A DNA stretch of 64,000 nt from Lingula anatina (lineage: Eukaryota > Animalia > Brachiopoda): assembly GCA_051362555.1 (NCBI GenBank), contig CM120644.1:17506534-17570533 (forward strand), written 5' to 3'. A model generated the notes under the pieces. It made no database searches. It worked only from the letters and a program-made list of their open reading frames with translations, and was not told the origin of the DNA. Shown here one piece after another: positions 63,997-64,000 of the stretch; positions within the stretch are counted from its first letter, which is position 1; each line of letters starts with the position of its first letter. The translations under genes and the position numbers were made by a program.

Positions 63997-64000
63997 CTAA

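Overview
Eukaryotic, AT-rich, intron-containing invertebrate genomic DNA, probably lophotrochozoan or mollusc-like; the taxon cannot be fixed from the sequence. Left half (1-33 kb): a + strand tandem array of five paralogous receptor genes, each with a single coding exon (signal peptide, Cys-rich N-cap, ~14 LRRs, LRRCT, S/T stalk, one TM, short tail without TIR carrying three conserved Tyr motifs and a C-terminal T-A-I). Four are intact, one has a 2-bp frameshift, and a sixth degenerate fragment lies in an intron. Each copy has a conserved upstream promoter/first-exon module with ETS-type sites and a splice donor. The paralogs are mosaics of one another and vary most at defined ectodomain loops, consistent with a diversifying, tyrosine-signalling LRR immune-receptor family. 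Right half: a tRNA-Ile(AAU), a secreted Gly/Asn/Tyr pentapeptide-repeat protein, two duplicated minus-strand multi-EGF genes (one domain per phase-1 exon) and a 5-exon secreted protein with two WxxW/CysD domains. Tc1/mariner, Harbinger, pogo-like, RTE and L2/CR1 remnants and many MITEs are interspersed. All gene models and identities are by eye; no searches were run.
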